Made by a program: the position numbers and the translations under genes. From assembly GCA_002189035.1 (NCBI GenBank), contig NEEC01000018.1, positions 2,294,001 to 2,358,000 of the forward strand: a DNA stretch of 64,000 bases, in the 5' to 3' direction. The stretch comes from Utricularia gibba (lineage: Eukaryota > Plantae > Magnoliophyta). Below the pieces are notes generated by a model. That model searched no databases and was not told the DNA's origin. It worked only from the letters and a program-made list of their open reading frames with translations. The stretch's first letter is position 1, and the number at the start of each line of letters is the position of its first letter. This document shows positions 36,371 to 48,457 of the stretch, piece by piece.

Positions 36371-39300
36371 ATGGAGGAGACAGTGGGAAATGAGATTAAG
36401 AAAGAGCGGTTTGGGTTTTGGAAGTGGGCATTTGCGTCATTTTTTTTCAGGCTAATTTTGAGTTATTTCTCCGAAAGTCTCAACCTCTCTGCTCGCCCAG
36501 AAGTTACCACTCCGCTCACTAGCCTGCGCCGATGTATATTCCCTCCTCCATTTCTCAGAATGTTTTTTTGTTTTAAATAATAGCATGCGCTTATGGTAAT
36601 GGTGGGATTGTTTGATCTTGTTTATGGACCCTGTTTTAGTGGCAGAAGGCTACTGGTTACAGCAGCTTGGAATGTCACCTTATTCTGGTGCGTGCAATTT
36701 CCTTCCTTCAGTTTTGGGATGCTTTGGTTTCATGCTGAATTTCAGAAATATAATATAGTCGTTGTGCAGGTTCCATGTACCACGGGTCACCTCTTTTGCT
36801 GCCTATTCTGGGTCCTCTTACTGTTAAAAAGTACGTACTTTCCCTACTAACGTTATGGAACAATTTGTTGCTCGCAAGTTCAGGGATTTACAGCAAAGAT
36901 TAATTTATAAGAATGCGTTATGCAGAATCTACGAACAGCCTAGTCAAGTACCATGCTGGTACGCAATTACTCTTGTCTCTTATAAGTGCACTACTGTTAT
37001 ACTAATACACTCAGTTCATTTAGCCCACGGGTCAGTTTGCTTCGAATGCTGGATTTATGTGAATAGAAGACGAGCATGTCGTGTCAACGTCTACCTAACA
37101 TAACACACTCTTTGTTTGTAGAAAACAATAAGTAATACTTTTAATGCATGATCTATACGGCATCGAACGGTCAATCATGCTATAAATGTAAAGTCCTGAG
37201 TTATATGTGCATAACAGCATTGTATGCTACTCTTTCCTGAGTTATATGTGCATTCTTGCAAATTACTAACTCCTGCTTCCCACAATCTTTAGTCAAATAT
37301 TGATTTGTTCGGTGACTGACAGTCCTTTGGATGTAGCCTGGTGTCTGCAGTTGCAGATCTTCTAGCTGCATATCTTATCCGAGAAACTGGACGCCGTCTC
37401 GTAGCTGCACATACCCACAATTTGGCATCCCTAGGAATCTGTAGGACTTTGAAAAGCATAGGTAGTCAGTTGTTGCCAATGGTTGGCATTAGAAATTTTA
37501 CACACTCCTTTTTCCTCCATTTAGCTTTAAATCCATAAAACTGATGGAATAAAATAATGCTTTTCAGATTTTCTTCCATCTGGTGATATTGCTGCCATGG
37601 TTTATTTATGGAACCCATTCACTGTTGTATCTTGCATTGGATTTAACACAACTCCTCTAGAGAACTTATTTATCATTTTGTCTGTATATGGTGCTTCAGC
37701 TGGTATGAAACAAGAGTTGATTACCTTTTTTAGTTGATTACATTTATCAGAAGTCCTAGTAAATTCATTCACTCCATTCAGGACTGGTTCCTTTGTCAGC
37801 CTTTGGTTGGGTAATAGCATCACATTTGTCACTCTACCCATTGATTCTGGTCATTCCGGTATGAATTGTTATAGATAGTTATTATTTGTCCACATTGCTT
37901 TTTGTCTATGAATTAGCCCTTATTGCTTCAGTATTGCCTTTTTTTCCCCCAGATTATCCTTATACTAGGTTTTGGTCTGGATACACCCCCAAGGAAATTG
38001 CTTGTTCAGAGTAACTCGCCTACAGATGGGGGAAATCAGATTAAGTTATCGTCATCATGTGGCAAATTTACAAGAAATACACGTTTTTGTTGGATAAATG
38101 TCGCTTCCTTTTTCATATGGGCCTCTATATGGATGTCCTATGTGCTAGTACTATGCAGTCTCTCCATGAAGGGGCATGGGGGTCTTTACGAGATGCTTAG
38201 GAGGTGCAATATATCATTATTTTTCTTTATAAATTTACTCTTGTACCAGATAAAAATTTCGAGCATGGAATTGACTTCCTTTAGATATCTGGCAGTATGA
38301 TTTCCTTTCTATGCACATTGCACTCCCTGCCTCTTGAACTTTAGTTGTGTTTCAAGCTCATTTATGTCCTTTGGCATTTTTATGCCACAAGCTAAAAATT
38401 ACTGTAAACCATCATACTTTCAGCATCGCTAGACAACAATAATGTTAAAAGGGATCTTTCTGATCACTGACAGTCTCTCATATGCTTTAAAATACTTTTT
38501 TTTTTAATTTTGATTATCCTTATTAATTGCTTCAAAGCCTTTTTACAGGACTTGTGGGTTTATACTTACTGCCAAGGATTTGTCTCCAAATATAGGTGTT
38601 TTTTGGTAAGTTGCAGGTGGTTCAGTTGTTACTGAGTGTGCATTTTGTTGATGGCCTTTGTTTTCATCTATTAGTCATTTGGCTTCATATTGCAGGTACT
38701 TTTTCGCTGAAGTATTTGACTTTTTCCGAAACTTTTTCTTAATGGTTTTTCATGCAAATATCCTGTTTATGGCATTGCCTCTGGCCATACGTCTAAATCA
38801 TAGGCCATGCTTTTTGGCTTTTGTGTACGTGGCAATCTCATCAATGTTGAAGTCTTATCCTTCAGTGAGCTCTCTAACCGAATTTACCATATTTTACTGC
38901 TGTCTGTTTTCGCATATCTCTTTCTATTATTTATTCATCTACATTTCACTGCCAAGGTACTCCTGTATCTTGTTGCCCTAATTTTACAAGTTGTCTCTCG
39001 GCTGCTTATATTTCACTGGCACCCACCTACATGTACCATGCCAAGGATTTTTGAATTTGCTTAAATGAGTTGTATAGATATCAAAAGTCTTAATTTCCTC
39101 CTGTATTGGAACAACTTAGTGTCTTTTCGGTGTTGCTCGTGTCCATTTGTCATGAAGTGGTATTTTAGGAGAATATAGAAAATTATTAGTTTTACGAAAG
39201 TTGAAAGATCTTGATTTTTATATAGCACAAAGCTCTTTTCTTGCATAGTAAACACAACATGTTTAAGTTTATTGATGGCTGTACAAAACTCTTGAAACAT

Positions 39301-40203
39301 TGCTGAAAGCTGAGACTACATATGACATTTCGATCAGCTGAACTTATTATCATACCTATCTAATGTTAATTTGTTTTAAGGTTGGCGATGCTGCTTTGTA
39401 TCTCAGTTTACTGGCTTTTTTCGTCAATGAGTTGGCAGGTCTATTTCCTCATTCCACTCTCTCTGCGTACACCGTAAACAGATTTTTATTCCACAAGTTT
39501 CATAAAATATCATGAATTATTTGACCGTAGAAATGCAATATTCGTTCTTCCTTTCTGGTGGATATGCCGGTGTATTTCTCTTGAGTCCTGTAATGCACAA
39601 TCTATGGATTTGGAGAGTAAGTATCCGTGTATGGAGATTGAAATTCATTATCATGGGAACTGAAAATCATGTTTGTTTTGACCACGCATTTTTCCTCTCT
39701 CAGGGAACTGGGAATGCTAACTTCTATTATGCAACATCAATGGCCTATGCTTGCTTCCAGGTCTTGTCTTTTCCATAATGTTTGCTTCATTGCGTACTTA
39801 AATTGTTAGAACCGTAGATATGCTATTATGAGAGAGCCTCTCTTAAGCATACCCAATTGGTCTGTCTCAATATTGCTGAAATTTTCAACACAGCCTGTCG
39901 CTTTGTAGTGGACTTAAACCTACCGGTTTCTCTGTTCTCACCTGTCCCGGATAAAGAATCACCCATTCGATGATTGCCCCAGAGTAGTGCAACGCTTTTT
40001 TTCAGAATGGATCACTTTTCTGAGCATGAAATGGAGTTTCTAGTGTTGCCCACTGTTCTGGACTCACATCCTTCCTCGTTCCTTTTATGCAGATTGTTCT
40101 CATTGTCGAGGCCGTGTCGACAATGCTGAACTACGACAGGAAGATCAGGAAAATCTGCATCACTGCGGAAAGCTTGAAACACGAGCCGGCTCAAGCATCT
40201 TGA
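36371..40203 (+). CDS. PIGU: GPI transamidase subunit PIG-U, multi-exon
   Basis: Motifs across exons: RPEVTTPLTSLRR, AEGYWL..SPYSGSMYHGSPLLL, LWNPFTVVSCIG, HLSLYP, DLSPNIGVFWYFFAEVFDFFRNFF, MLKSYPSVGD, WRGTGNANFYYAT. Last exon 40093-40203. Confidence 0.92.
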
Positions 40204-40562
40204 GAATGTTCATCAGGAGACTCACAGAACTCTTAAACTTCAAAGTGGAAATATCCAACAAATGTTGCTTCGAATCCATTGGGGCTTCTCTTTTCAGTAT
40301 AATGTTATGGGCCTGGGGTCCAATATCACGGAATGGGCTTTACTCGAATCATTTATTAGGGCAGTTATTTCATATTTCCCATTTTATTTTAATAAAATAA
40401 TGATTCGCAGTCTCGTTCTTGTCGTCTTCTTTTTGAGCGGGTTCTCATCTCTCCCTTCCGATTTCCCAACTCGCGCGTTTTCGGTTAAAATCTCTTAACG
40501 GATCGGAATCTCAGTCTCTGTTTTTTATACATTTTGTTGGTTGGTGTGTAGCAGCGTTTGAG

Positions 40563-42633
40563 ATGATGGTGTGGGTAGTGCTAATTCTGGCTCTAATTTT
40601 GTTGTGGTTTGTTTCTCTTGCCAAAATTCTTCAAAGGGTGCCTTCGGTTGATGCTTTCGTGAATGATGGTACTCTGGTTCCTTCATATTTTACGCAAATC
40701 ATGAAGAACTTGAGACTAATCTTTCCAACTATTTCAGATGGGATTTCCCCGAGGAATGTCATGCTCCTTATTGCTCATCCTGATGACGAATCTATGTAAG
40801 CTCAATTTACCAACAGATTGATCTTGTCTTTCTATATTTTACATGTGAATGTAGCGTGTAATTGCTATTCTTTCTGATTTAGTTCAACCATGAAGTTTAA
40901 CTGAGATGCTGTAGTTAATCTTATTGCATTCCATGTTTCGCAGGTTTTTTACTCCTACGATCAGCTACCTGACTTCACGGGGTCACAATTTGCACATTCT
41001 TTGCATTTCGACTGGTAAAATCTTTGTGCTTGATGTTGATATGTTCCTTGATCATGATGTGTTACTGAGCCAGTTTTTATATATACCCAGCAGCTAAATT
41101 ATTTTACAACGCTATGGCTATCGTGTTCCTAAAGTGAAGAGAAAAGAAAACAGTTTAATTGAAAATAGAAGATAATTAGATAGTTCGTCTGCAACTTTGG
41201 GACTCCACGCATTTTGGATAACGGTGCAACTCACAGAAAACTACTAGTGCAGTGATTTCTAATGAAAAAAAAGTCTGGACATTGTTGGTTAATGGGGCTT
41301 TTTATAGGTCAATTGCTGCTTGTTATTATTTTAGGCAATGCTGATGGCTTGGGAAGTATCAGGAAAAATGAGCTCTACTTAGCCTCTGCTGTTTTGAAGG
41401 TCAATCTCAACCTTCAGTCATTGTTTCGTTATCTTCCCTCATTTGACAACACCAGCTTCGTACTGTATTTGTATGCTGAACGTTTGTTAACATTAGGTTG
41501 AATTGTGGCTGAGTTTTGTTTTCTAAAATTCGTTATTGCAGATATATCCTCATCGAGTAAAGATTCTGGATCATCCAGATCTTCAGGTTCCTTAAGAGTT
41601 GTTGAGTTATTTCATATTTTAGTACATGATATATAGGTTTTGGAGTAGCTATCATTTGAAGTCTTTGTAAATAGGATGGCTTTGGAAAAAAGTGGAACTT
41701 GCATCTTTTAGCAAAGATTATCGATGAGGAGGCACGTGCTCATTCCATCAACATGGTAATGCCTGTTCCATTGGTATCTGAAATTCACAGTACAATTTAA
41801 TTGTATAACTACAGGCTATGCTCTTTTGAAAAAGCATTCCATGATATGTGGTTCTTTTTTAAAAAAATCAGATCGTCACTTTTGACAATTATGGTATTTC
41901 TGGGCATTGCAACCACTACGACTTGAACCACGGAGTACGGTGAGAATTATTTGTTGTGTTTTCCTTCTATTTTCCTTTATGATTTCGTGGGGGAAAAAAA
42001 GGCTTCAATATAGTACCATGACTGCATCTAGACGGCGATTCTGTTGCAATGAAAATTTCGTATTCTATTCAACGACTTGCCAAACGAGAATTCCCTAGAA
42101 ATTTCTTGTTGGTTAATTTTCATCAATGCAATCCGAAATCCGTGTTGCTGATAGCTACTCCTTTTTTTCTCAGAAAACTTCTTAGTTCTGATTCAAGAAA
42201 GGATCTTCAAGTATGGGAGCTTGTAAGTTAACTCTTGTAAACATGCTCACACTAGTCCTTTATCAACCACAAGCCATTATGGTTCAAGAGGCCTTTCACC
42301 TCAGTCAGTATAGGTTTTCATATAGGTGAGCAACAACATTGTGCACAAGTACATCGGGCCCATTGGCATTTGGCTGTCGTTACACAATAGACTTGTAAAG
42401 GATGGACGAGCACAATGCTTGCCCAACAGGGATCTACTTCAGACTTACGCTGCCATGTCTCAGCATTCCAGCCAATGGGTTTGGTCCGTCTGCCTTGTTC
42501 TCTTACTGTAAATCAGCTTCTTTTATGTGGCTGTGAGCCGGTCAGTTACTCTTTCCTTTTTTACAGGTTTCGAAAACTTTTTGTCGCATTTTCAAGCTAT
42601 ACCTATTACAACACCCTCAAGAAAGTTGAGTGA
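40563..42633 (+). CDS. PIGL: N-acetylglucosaminyl-phosphatidylinositol de-N-acetylase PIG-L, ~10 exons
   Basis: N-terminal TM, LLIAHPDDESMFFTP, ISTGNADGLGSIRKNEL, LDHPDLQDGF, VTFDNYGISGHCNH, AAMSQHSSQWVWFRKLFVAFSSYTYYNTL. Confidence 0.93.
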
Positions 42634-42827
42634 CATCACAAGGTCCTGCTCAGAAATCTTGACGTAGAAGAAGGTAAAATTAGAACATGGGTATGTACAG
42701 ATTCTAGTTCCAGTTTGTCTGAAAGTCATTGTAATGCATGAGAATTGCGTATTGTACACTTGACTCCAGTCCATAACTACAACTCTATGTTTTCAAAGTT
42801 CGCACTTGGAACCAGATTCACAACAAT

Positions 42828-45158
42828 TTATACACAACTCCAGCCTAGAGTTTTTCTTATGCCCTTATCCTTCAACATCTGTCTCATTCGTTCTACCTCG
42901 TCCCACATCTCCAAGGAACTGTAGAAGTCGGATAGCAATATGTAGTAGCCATCATTTTCAGGATCTGCTTCAATAGCTCGCTTTGCTATCTTCACTCCCA
43001 TGTAAGCATCATTGTGCGTTTTGCAGGCACTCAACAGAGAACCCCAGACGCCACCATCGGGTTCAAAAGGCATACACAAAACAAGATCTTCAGCCTCTTT
43101 TAGAAGACCATATCGCCCATAAAGATCGACCATACAGGCGTAGTGCTTCATGGAGGGTTCAACAGGACATTTCGCCATTTTAGCGTATACGGCTTTGGCC
43201 TCCAGAAGCAAACCCGCATGCGCACAAGCTGATAGGACAGCAAGAAAGGTAACGCTGTTTGGACAAACTTCATGTTCTTCCATTTGCTGGAAAAGCTCCA
43301 CAGCTAACTTGCCATACCCATGCATCGCATAACACCAGATAATGACGTTCCAAGATACAACATCTTTTTCATTCAGCAGGTGAAATATTTCTCTTGCCAT
43401 GTCAATTTCTCCACACTTAGCGTACATATCCATCAGTGCTGTGCCAAGTGAGGCATCGCAAGGTAATCCTTGCCTGTTGATATATTCATGGACTTTTTTT
43501 CCTTCTTCAGCGGATGCTAGATGAGAGCAGGCAGACAAAACGGTCACTAGCGTTGGGATATTAGGCTTCACACCTTTAGAAATCATTTCATCGAAAATGT
43601 TCACTGCCTTCAAGGGACTACCATTATCAGCATAAGAAGACATGAGAGAGTTCCATGAAGCAATATCAGGGCTTGTTAGATTAAATAGTTTTTCTGCTAG
43701 ATGTAAATGACCACATTTCCCATACATGTTTATAAGTGAATTTACAACTGATACATTATCGAGCCACAGGCTTCTGAAAGCATGACCGTGCACTGATCTA
43801 CCAGAAGAGATTGCTCCCAATTTTGCGCATGAAGAAATCACAGACGTCAAAGTGTTAACACTAGACATAGATCTCTGATACTGCTGTTCTCTAAACAGAT
43901 TTAAACACTTCATTTCCATTCCTGCCCTTTCGTATCCTACAATCATCAAGTTCCAACACTCCTTTTCCTGATTCTTAACTAACACAAACACGTTCTCCGC
44001 AAAGACCCAAATTCCGAATCTCAAATACATTGACAGCAATGAGCTCCAGACGGTATGATCATCTAAGTAACTTCTCCTCATGATATAACAATGAAAAGCC
44101 TTCCCCTCAAGAATACTATCAGAATTGGAAAAACCAGTAATCATACAACTAATCAGCATTCCATCAGGATATAAACCCTGAGCTTGCATTCTCATGTATA
44201 AATTAAGAGATTCATAAATCAAGCCCGTCCTTGCATATGCCCCGATTACTGATGTCCAAGAAATGAGATCCTTATCAACAACTTCATTGAATGATAGCCG
44301 CGCATCCCCAACATCTCCACACTTTGAATACATTGACAAAGTAGCAGACTGAACAGCATGCGAGGATAAAATCCCAGATTTAAGCGATAACGCATGCAAG
44401 CACCTACCTTCAGCCAACATACCAGAATTCCCACAAGCTTGCAAACCGCCCTCCATTGATCGAAAATTCACTCTGACGTTATCACCACCGGTCCTATGCA
44501 TCTCGCGAAAACACTGCAATCCCTTCTCATTCTCACAGTGCTGAACAAACCCAATCAAGAGGGCAGTCCAAGCAGCAACATCTTTAGTATAAATTTCATC
44601 GAACACAAGAGAGGCACTCGCCAAGGAACCACATTTCGCATACATGTAGACTAGTGACGTCCCAACTGCTGTATTATCATGAAACAGATTAACCTTTGTG
44701 ATCAAGCAATGAGTACACATCCCAAAAGGAAGGAACCCAAGTTCAGCGCAGGCGGAAACAACCATTGGAATGGTGAATTGATTGGGAACCTCCCCGAAAA
44801 ATCGCATCTTGGTAAAGAAATCAATGGCTTCACCATAGTTTCCTTTGGAAAAATGAGCTTTAATGATTGAGTTCCAAAGAAAAACGTCTTTCTCATCGAG
44901 GGACACAAAAGTTGTAGTGGAAGAAAGCTGCCGATCAATGAGTGCATATGATGCTATCAGCTTTGAAGCTAAGAACTTGTTTTGGGCGTGACCAGTGGTA
45001 ATGCTATACGCATGAATGGGAAGTAGAAACCTTGGTTCCAACAAATTATTGGAGAGTAAATAATCTATGCGTTTGATGAGTTGAATGGCTTTCGATTCAG
45101 CAACCGATGAAGAATTGTGAAGGCGTCTGAAGAAAGTCGACGCCTTTAACACAAACAT
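42828..45158 (-). CDS. PLS-class pentatricopeptide repeat protein with E domain (At4g39952-like, predicted mitochondrial), 776 aa
   Basis: Intronless ORF with repeated YxKCG/DVVSWN PLS motifs and an E domain (HYACMVDLYGRYG..WGSLLSAC..YYILLSDFY), no DYW. The N-terminus is Arg/Ser-rich, like a presequence. Confidence 0.95.
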   Translation of the reverse strand: MFVLKASTFFRRLHNSSSVAESKAIQLIKRIDYLLSNNLLEPRFLLPIHAYSITTGHAQNKFLASKLIASYALIDRQLSSTTTFVSLDEKDVFLWNSIIKAHFSKGNYGEAIDFFTKMRFFGEVPNQFTIPMVVSACAELGFLPFGMCTHCLITKVNLFHDNTAVGTSLVYMYAKCGSLASASLVFDEIYTKDVAAWTALLIGFVQHCENEKGLQCFREMHRTGGDNVRVNFRSMEGGLQACGNSGMLAEGRCLHALSLKSGILSSHAVQSATLSMYSKCGDVGDARLSFNEVVDKDLISWTSVIGAYARTGLIYESLNLYMRMQAQGLYPDGMLISCMITGFSNSDSILEGKAFHCYIMRRSYLDDHTVWSSLLSMYLRFGIWVFAENVFVLVKNQEKECWNLMIVGYERAGMEMKCLNLFREQQYQRSMSSVNTLTSVISSCAKLGAISSGRSVHGHAFRSLWLDNVSVVNSLINMYGKCGHLHLAEKLFNLTSPDIASWNSLMSSYADNGSPLKAVNIFDEMISKGVKPNIPTLVTVLSACSHLASAEEGKKVHEYINRQGLPCDASLGTALMDMYAKCGEIDMAREIFHLLNEKDVVSWNVIIWCYAMHGYGKLAVELFQQMEEHEVCPNSVTFLAVLSACAHAGLLLEAKAVYAKMAKCPVEPSMKHYACMVDLYGRYGLLKEAEDLVLCMPFEPDGGVWGSLLSACKTHNDAYMGVKIAKRAIEADPENDGYYILLSDFYSSLEMWDEVERMRQMLKDKGIRKTLGWSCV

Positions 45159-46263
45159 TCGACAAGAATTTTGATGCTCCGCCCATAAAATCTCTCTTCG
45201 AACACGAGAAGCTGCAAAGATTTCTCTGTTGAAGGTAAAATTCAGAATAAAACGCCTTTATTTTATTGAGGGGGAAAACAACGAATATCCGTACGAAAAA
45301 TCAACGTATAAATATCGAGTACCATTCGCTGTGCAGAGCTGTTTTCAAATATTTCATCGCCTCTGCTCATCGATGATTCACAGGTACGTTCATGTAATTC
45401 ATTTGGATGGATCTTCATTTTATGCTCTTCCCTTCGATTTGTGATTGATCTATTCGGATGATGCGCGTTAGGGCTTTGAATGTTCCTCCTTACCTTTTTC
45501 TGGTTTTTCTTCGGCTATTGGAATTTCAATTTCCTAAGGTTTTGAATTGTGTAACAGGTTGATCAGTTGATAACTGCAGCGCTTAGAGTATAAGGCGGCT
45601 TCATGTCTGGTTTCTTGTTGTGGTTGTGCGAGCTGCGCCTGTAGTGCGTACCATCGGCAGCGAGGTGATCTGAGGTAAATGCCTCAGTCTCGGAGCAACA
45701 TTTTCGATTTCCATTCATCCTCTCCACTATGATTTATACTAAAGTAATTTTCGGATCCAGACATGGGAAGCGCATTCCGCCGATGAAACCTCAGGAGATT
45801 TTTCAAATTGCCGCCGTCCCGGTGGACTCCGCCGCGTGCATCCCTACCAATGACTTCTTCCACCGTTTGGGTATTCCATTGGGCCACCAGGACCTACAGA
45901 ACAGGCCCATTTGTTTTCCGAGCTCAAAGTAATTAATTATTGTATTTCGCTTGGGCCAGCTGCAGGATGTGGACTGGAGAAACAAAGAGACGTGAAATTT
46001 GCACCCTCGTAAAAGGGCTCTTTATCGACTCTTCGTCAGTCCGTACCCTGCACTCGAAAGCAAGTGAAGCTGCGATTCGTGGAGCCATTTGTCAAAAGTG
46101 GTAAATACATATGCTGCTCTGCTAATCTCATGTTCACAGTACACTCGCGTGCGTCAAGAACATGTGTATATTCGTCCTCAATCATCGTGATCGTGTTATT
46201 GCACGCATCCTCTTCCTCATCCCACTCCAGATACCAACGCAGACAAAAAGGCGCTATGCTATG

Positions 46264-46988
46264 CTATGCTGCAAGAACACCGTCGCTGAACATCTGGCCG
46301 GCGGGGCACGACGCTGCTCCGGTGCTGCACTTCTCCTTGGGCTCCTCGATCGCTATTTGTCTGTGTCTGCATTCTGCGCTGCAAAATGCCTTCTCCCCCT
46401 GAGACAGAATCCGTACACCGTAACCCATCATCATCTTCCCACACCAACATCGAAATTCTCTTTAGGCTACGATTTCCTTGACTTTTTTTGTTCAATTTGA
46501 AAAACACAAGGGAGGTCTAAACTGAGAAATTAAGTACCTGTATATATAAATGTCTTTGCCGTGGAGTTTCTTCCCACAAAGATTGCAGGAATTGAGAAAA
46601 TCGGATGCGGGGAGGCCGGGAGCCGTGTCGGTGTATCTCGCCGTGGAGATGTGGAAAACGCTTTGTATTCTGAAAGGGGTTTGATCATCCCCCTTCCTGC
46701 CGAACTCCCCAACCGCAACACCCCGGATCGGGGTGGCCATGGGATCGGGAAACGATCGCCGCAGGCTCCGGCTGACGAGGTTGCGGTCGACCTGAATATC
46801 AGCGAAGCCGTCGCTGGAATTCTGGAGGGCGGCGACGATTCCGAGACCGATACCTCCGAGATCAAAAGCCTTGGGTCCAGATCTCGGGGATTGGTTCTTG
46901 GAGGATTCGAATTGGGGGAGGTGCGATGGCCGGAGAGCAGTGGGCCGGTGAGGATTTCGATCACCGGGCGAGACCCTTTGCCCAACAT
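46264..46988 (-). CDS. FLZ: FCS-like zinc finger (FLZ, DUF581) protein; two apparent 1-nt deletions
   Basis: Exon 1 (46988-46538): MLGKGSRPVI...SPRSGPKAFDLGGIGLGIVAAL...FLNSCNLCGKKLHGKDIYIYR. Exon 2 (46398-46264): GEKAFCSAECRHRQI. The frame breaks fall at the G5 run 46914-46918 and the C5 run 46395-46399. Confidence 0.88.
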
Positions 46989-47381
46989 CGCTGGAATCTA
47001 GGGAGAGCGGTCGATTAATCGAGATCAATCAACTCTTGAGCTCCGGCGATCAAGGGGCTCTCCAAGTGCTCTGCTAAAAGGCTTGGCCTTCCTGCCCCAA
47101 GTGCAAGTGCAATAGATATATATAAAGTCTTTATCACTTACTTGCTTTGAACTCCGCTTTAAATAAATAGTATCTTTTTCCCCCAAGACTCAAAACCCAA
47201 TTCCCTAATAGCTTCCCAACTAAAGCTTCACAGTGAAAGGTAAAACCTGTAATAACTCACCAGGGATCAGACGACCAGCGTCGTCGGACCGGGGTCCGCA
47301 CCGTCCTCGGCGCCGCCGGGAAGAAACGGAGTTGGCGGTCAGACTCGTCCAGTCTTTCCAAGCCAACCGAGGAAAGGAGAC

Positions 47382-48217
47382 GTGGGTCCACCAGAAAAGG
47401 ACGCGTCCGTTCATTGTTTTGTTTCTTAAAGCCCCACTTACACCAAGTGGGGCCCGGCGACGATGGTGACGTCGATGTATGATATTACTGGTGCTACGTA
47501 GCCCACTGTGAAATGACCAAGATATCCTTCACACCCATGATTGCCCTTTTTCCCAGGGCCCCACTCCCCCCCCGGATTCTTTTTCTCTGAAACCTCCCAG
47601 CAGCGGCTTTATTCCTTGCCCCTTTTTCGAGAGCTGCTTTTCTTAAACCGCGATTCCCATCAGAAGAATAAAGGACCCCCGTTTCATTTCATCTCTCCCT
47701 CTTCTCCCAAATAGAAATAGAAAGAATAGTTAATGGACCTCGAAGCGGGCACCCGACCCGATGGGCCCATGCTTTTCAGACGGAGTGAGCTGGTTTTTAT
47801 TACTCCTGCAGGAAAAAAGAAAAAATGAACTGTGGACCCCATGATGGGACCCCACAAGGACACGCGTCGGCACCACAATCATGGGATTTTAACCAGCAAT
47901 TAAAAAAAGAAAATATCAGGGCCGAGGCACCTTCCCTCCCTGGGAAGGGAAAGGAAGGGGAAGACTACTACTGCTACCCTCCTAATCGATATCAAATTTA
48001 TGTGTCACGCAATCAATTGCTGCTTTGACTCGTTCCGGTGGTCCCCACATACCTTGACCAACCGTCTTTATTTCTTTACATTATTGCTCTCCAATAAAAA
48101 ACAAGAAAAAAAAAAAAACATTTGTGATGGGATGGGCTTTCCTGGGCCTTCTGGAAAATGGTGGGATCTGGACTGGGCTGACGAGTTTAGGTATTGGGTT
48201 ATAAATGGGCGGGCCCA
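47382..48217. promoter_or_regulatory. Cluster of TCP-binding and site II motifs in the FLZ/CPN20 divergent region
   Basis: GTGGGTCC 47382, GTGGGGCC 47447, GGCCCCAC 47557, GTGGACCC 47832, GTGGTCCC 48038, plus TGGGCY/GGCCCA near 47762, 48133, 48144, 48174 and 48212. Confidence 0.55.
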
Positions 48218-48457
48218 TAATGAACTTGCACTCCAGTTGGGATTTCTAGAAGCATCTGCGAGGACTTTCTAGGGCTGTATTTATCCATTTGGCGGAGGTT
48301 GAAAATACAGTGTTGAAGTGCTGCTTATCCATTGGTGTTCTGCGCTTCTCAGGTATCCTAGTTCGCGTTTCCCTGGATGTGCGTTTGTTTTTTTGATAGT
48401 GTGTAGACTGATTGGTGTTGTTTGGTTCATTGTAGCCTCATCTTTGTGAGCAAGATT

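Noticed and set aside
48353-48435. CPN20 5' UTR intron starting GTATCCTAG as a possible U12 intron
   Set aside because: The donor deviates from GTATCCTTT and there is no TCCTTAAC-like branch point near the acceptor.
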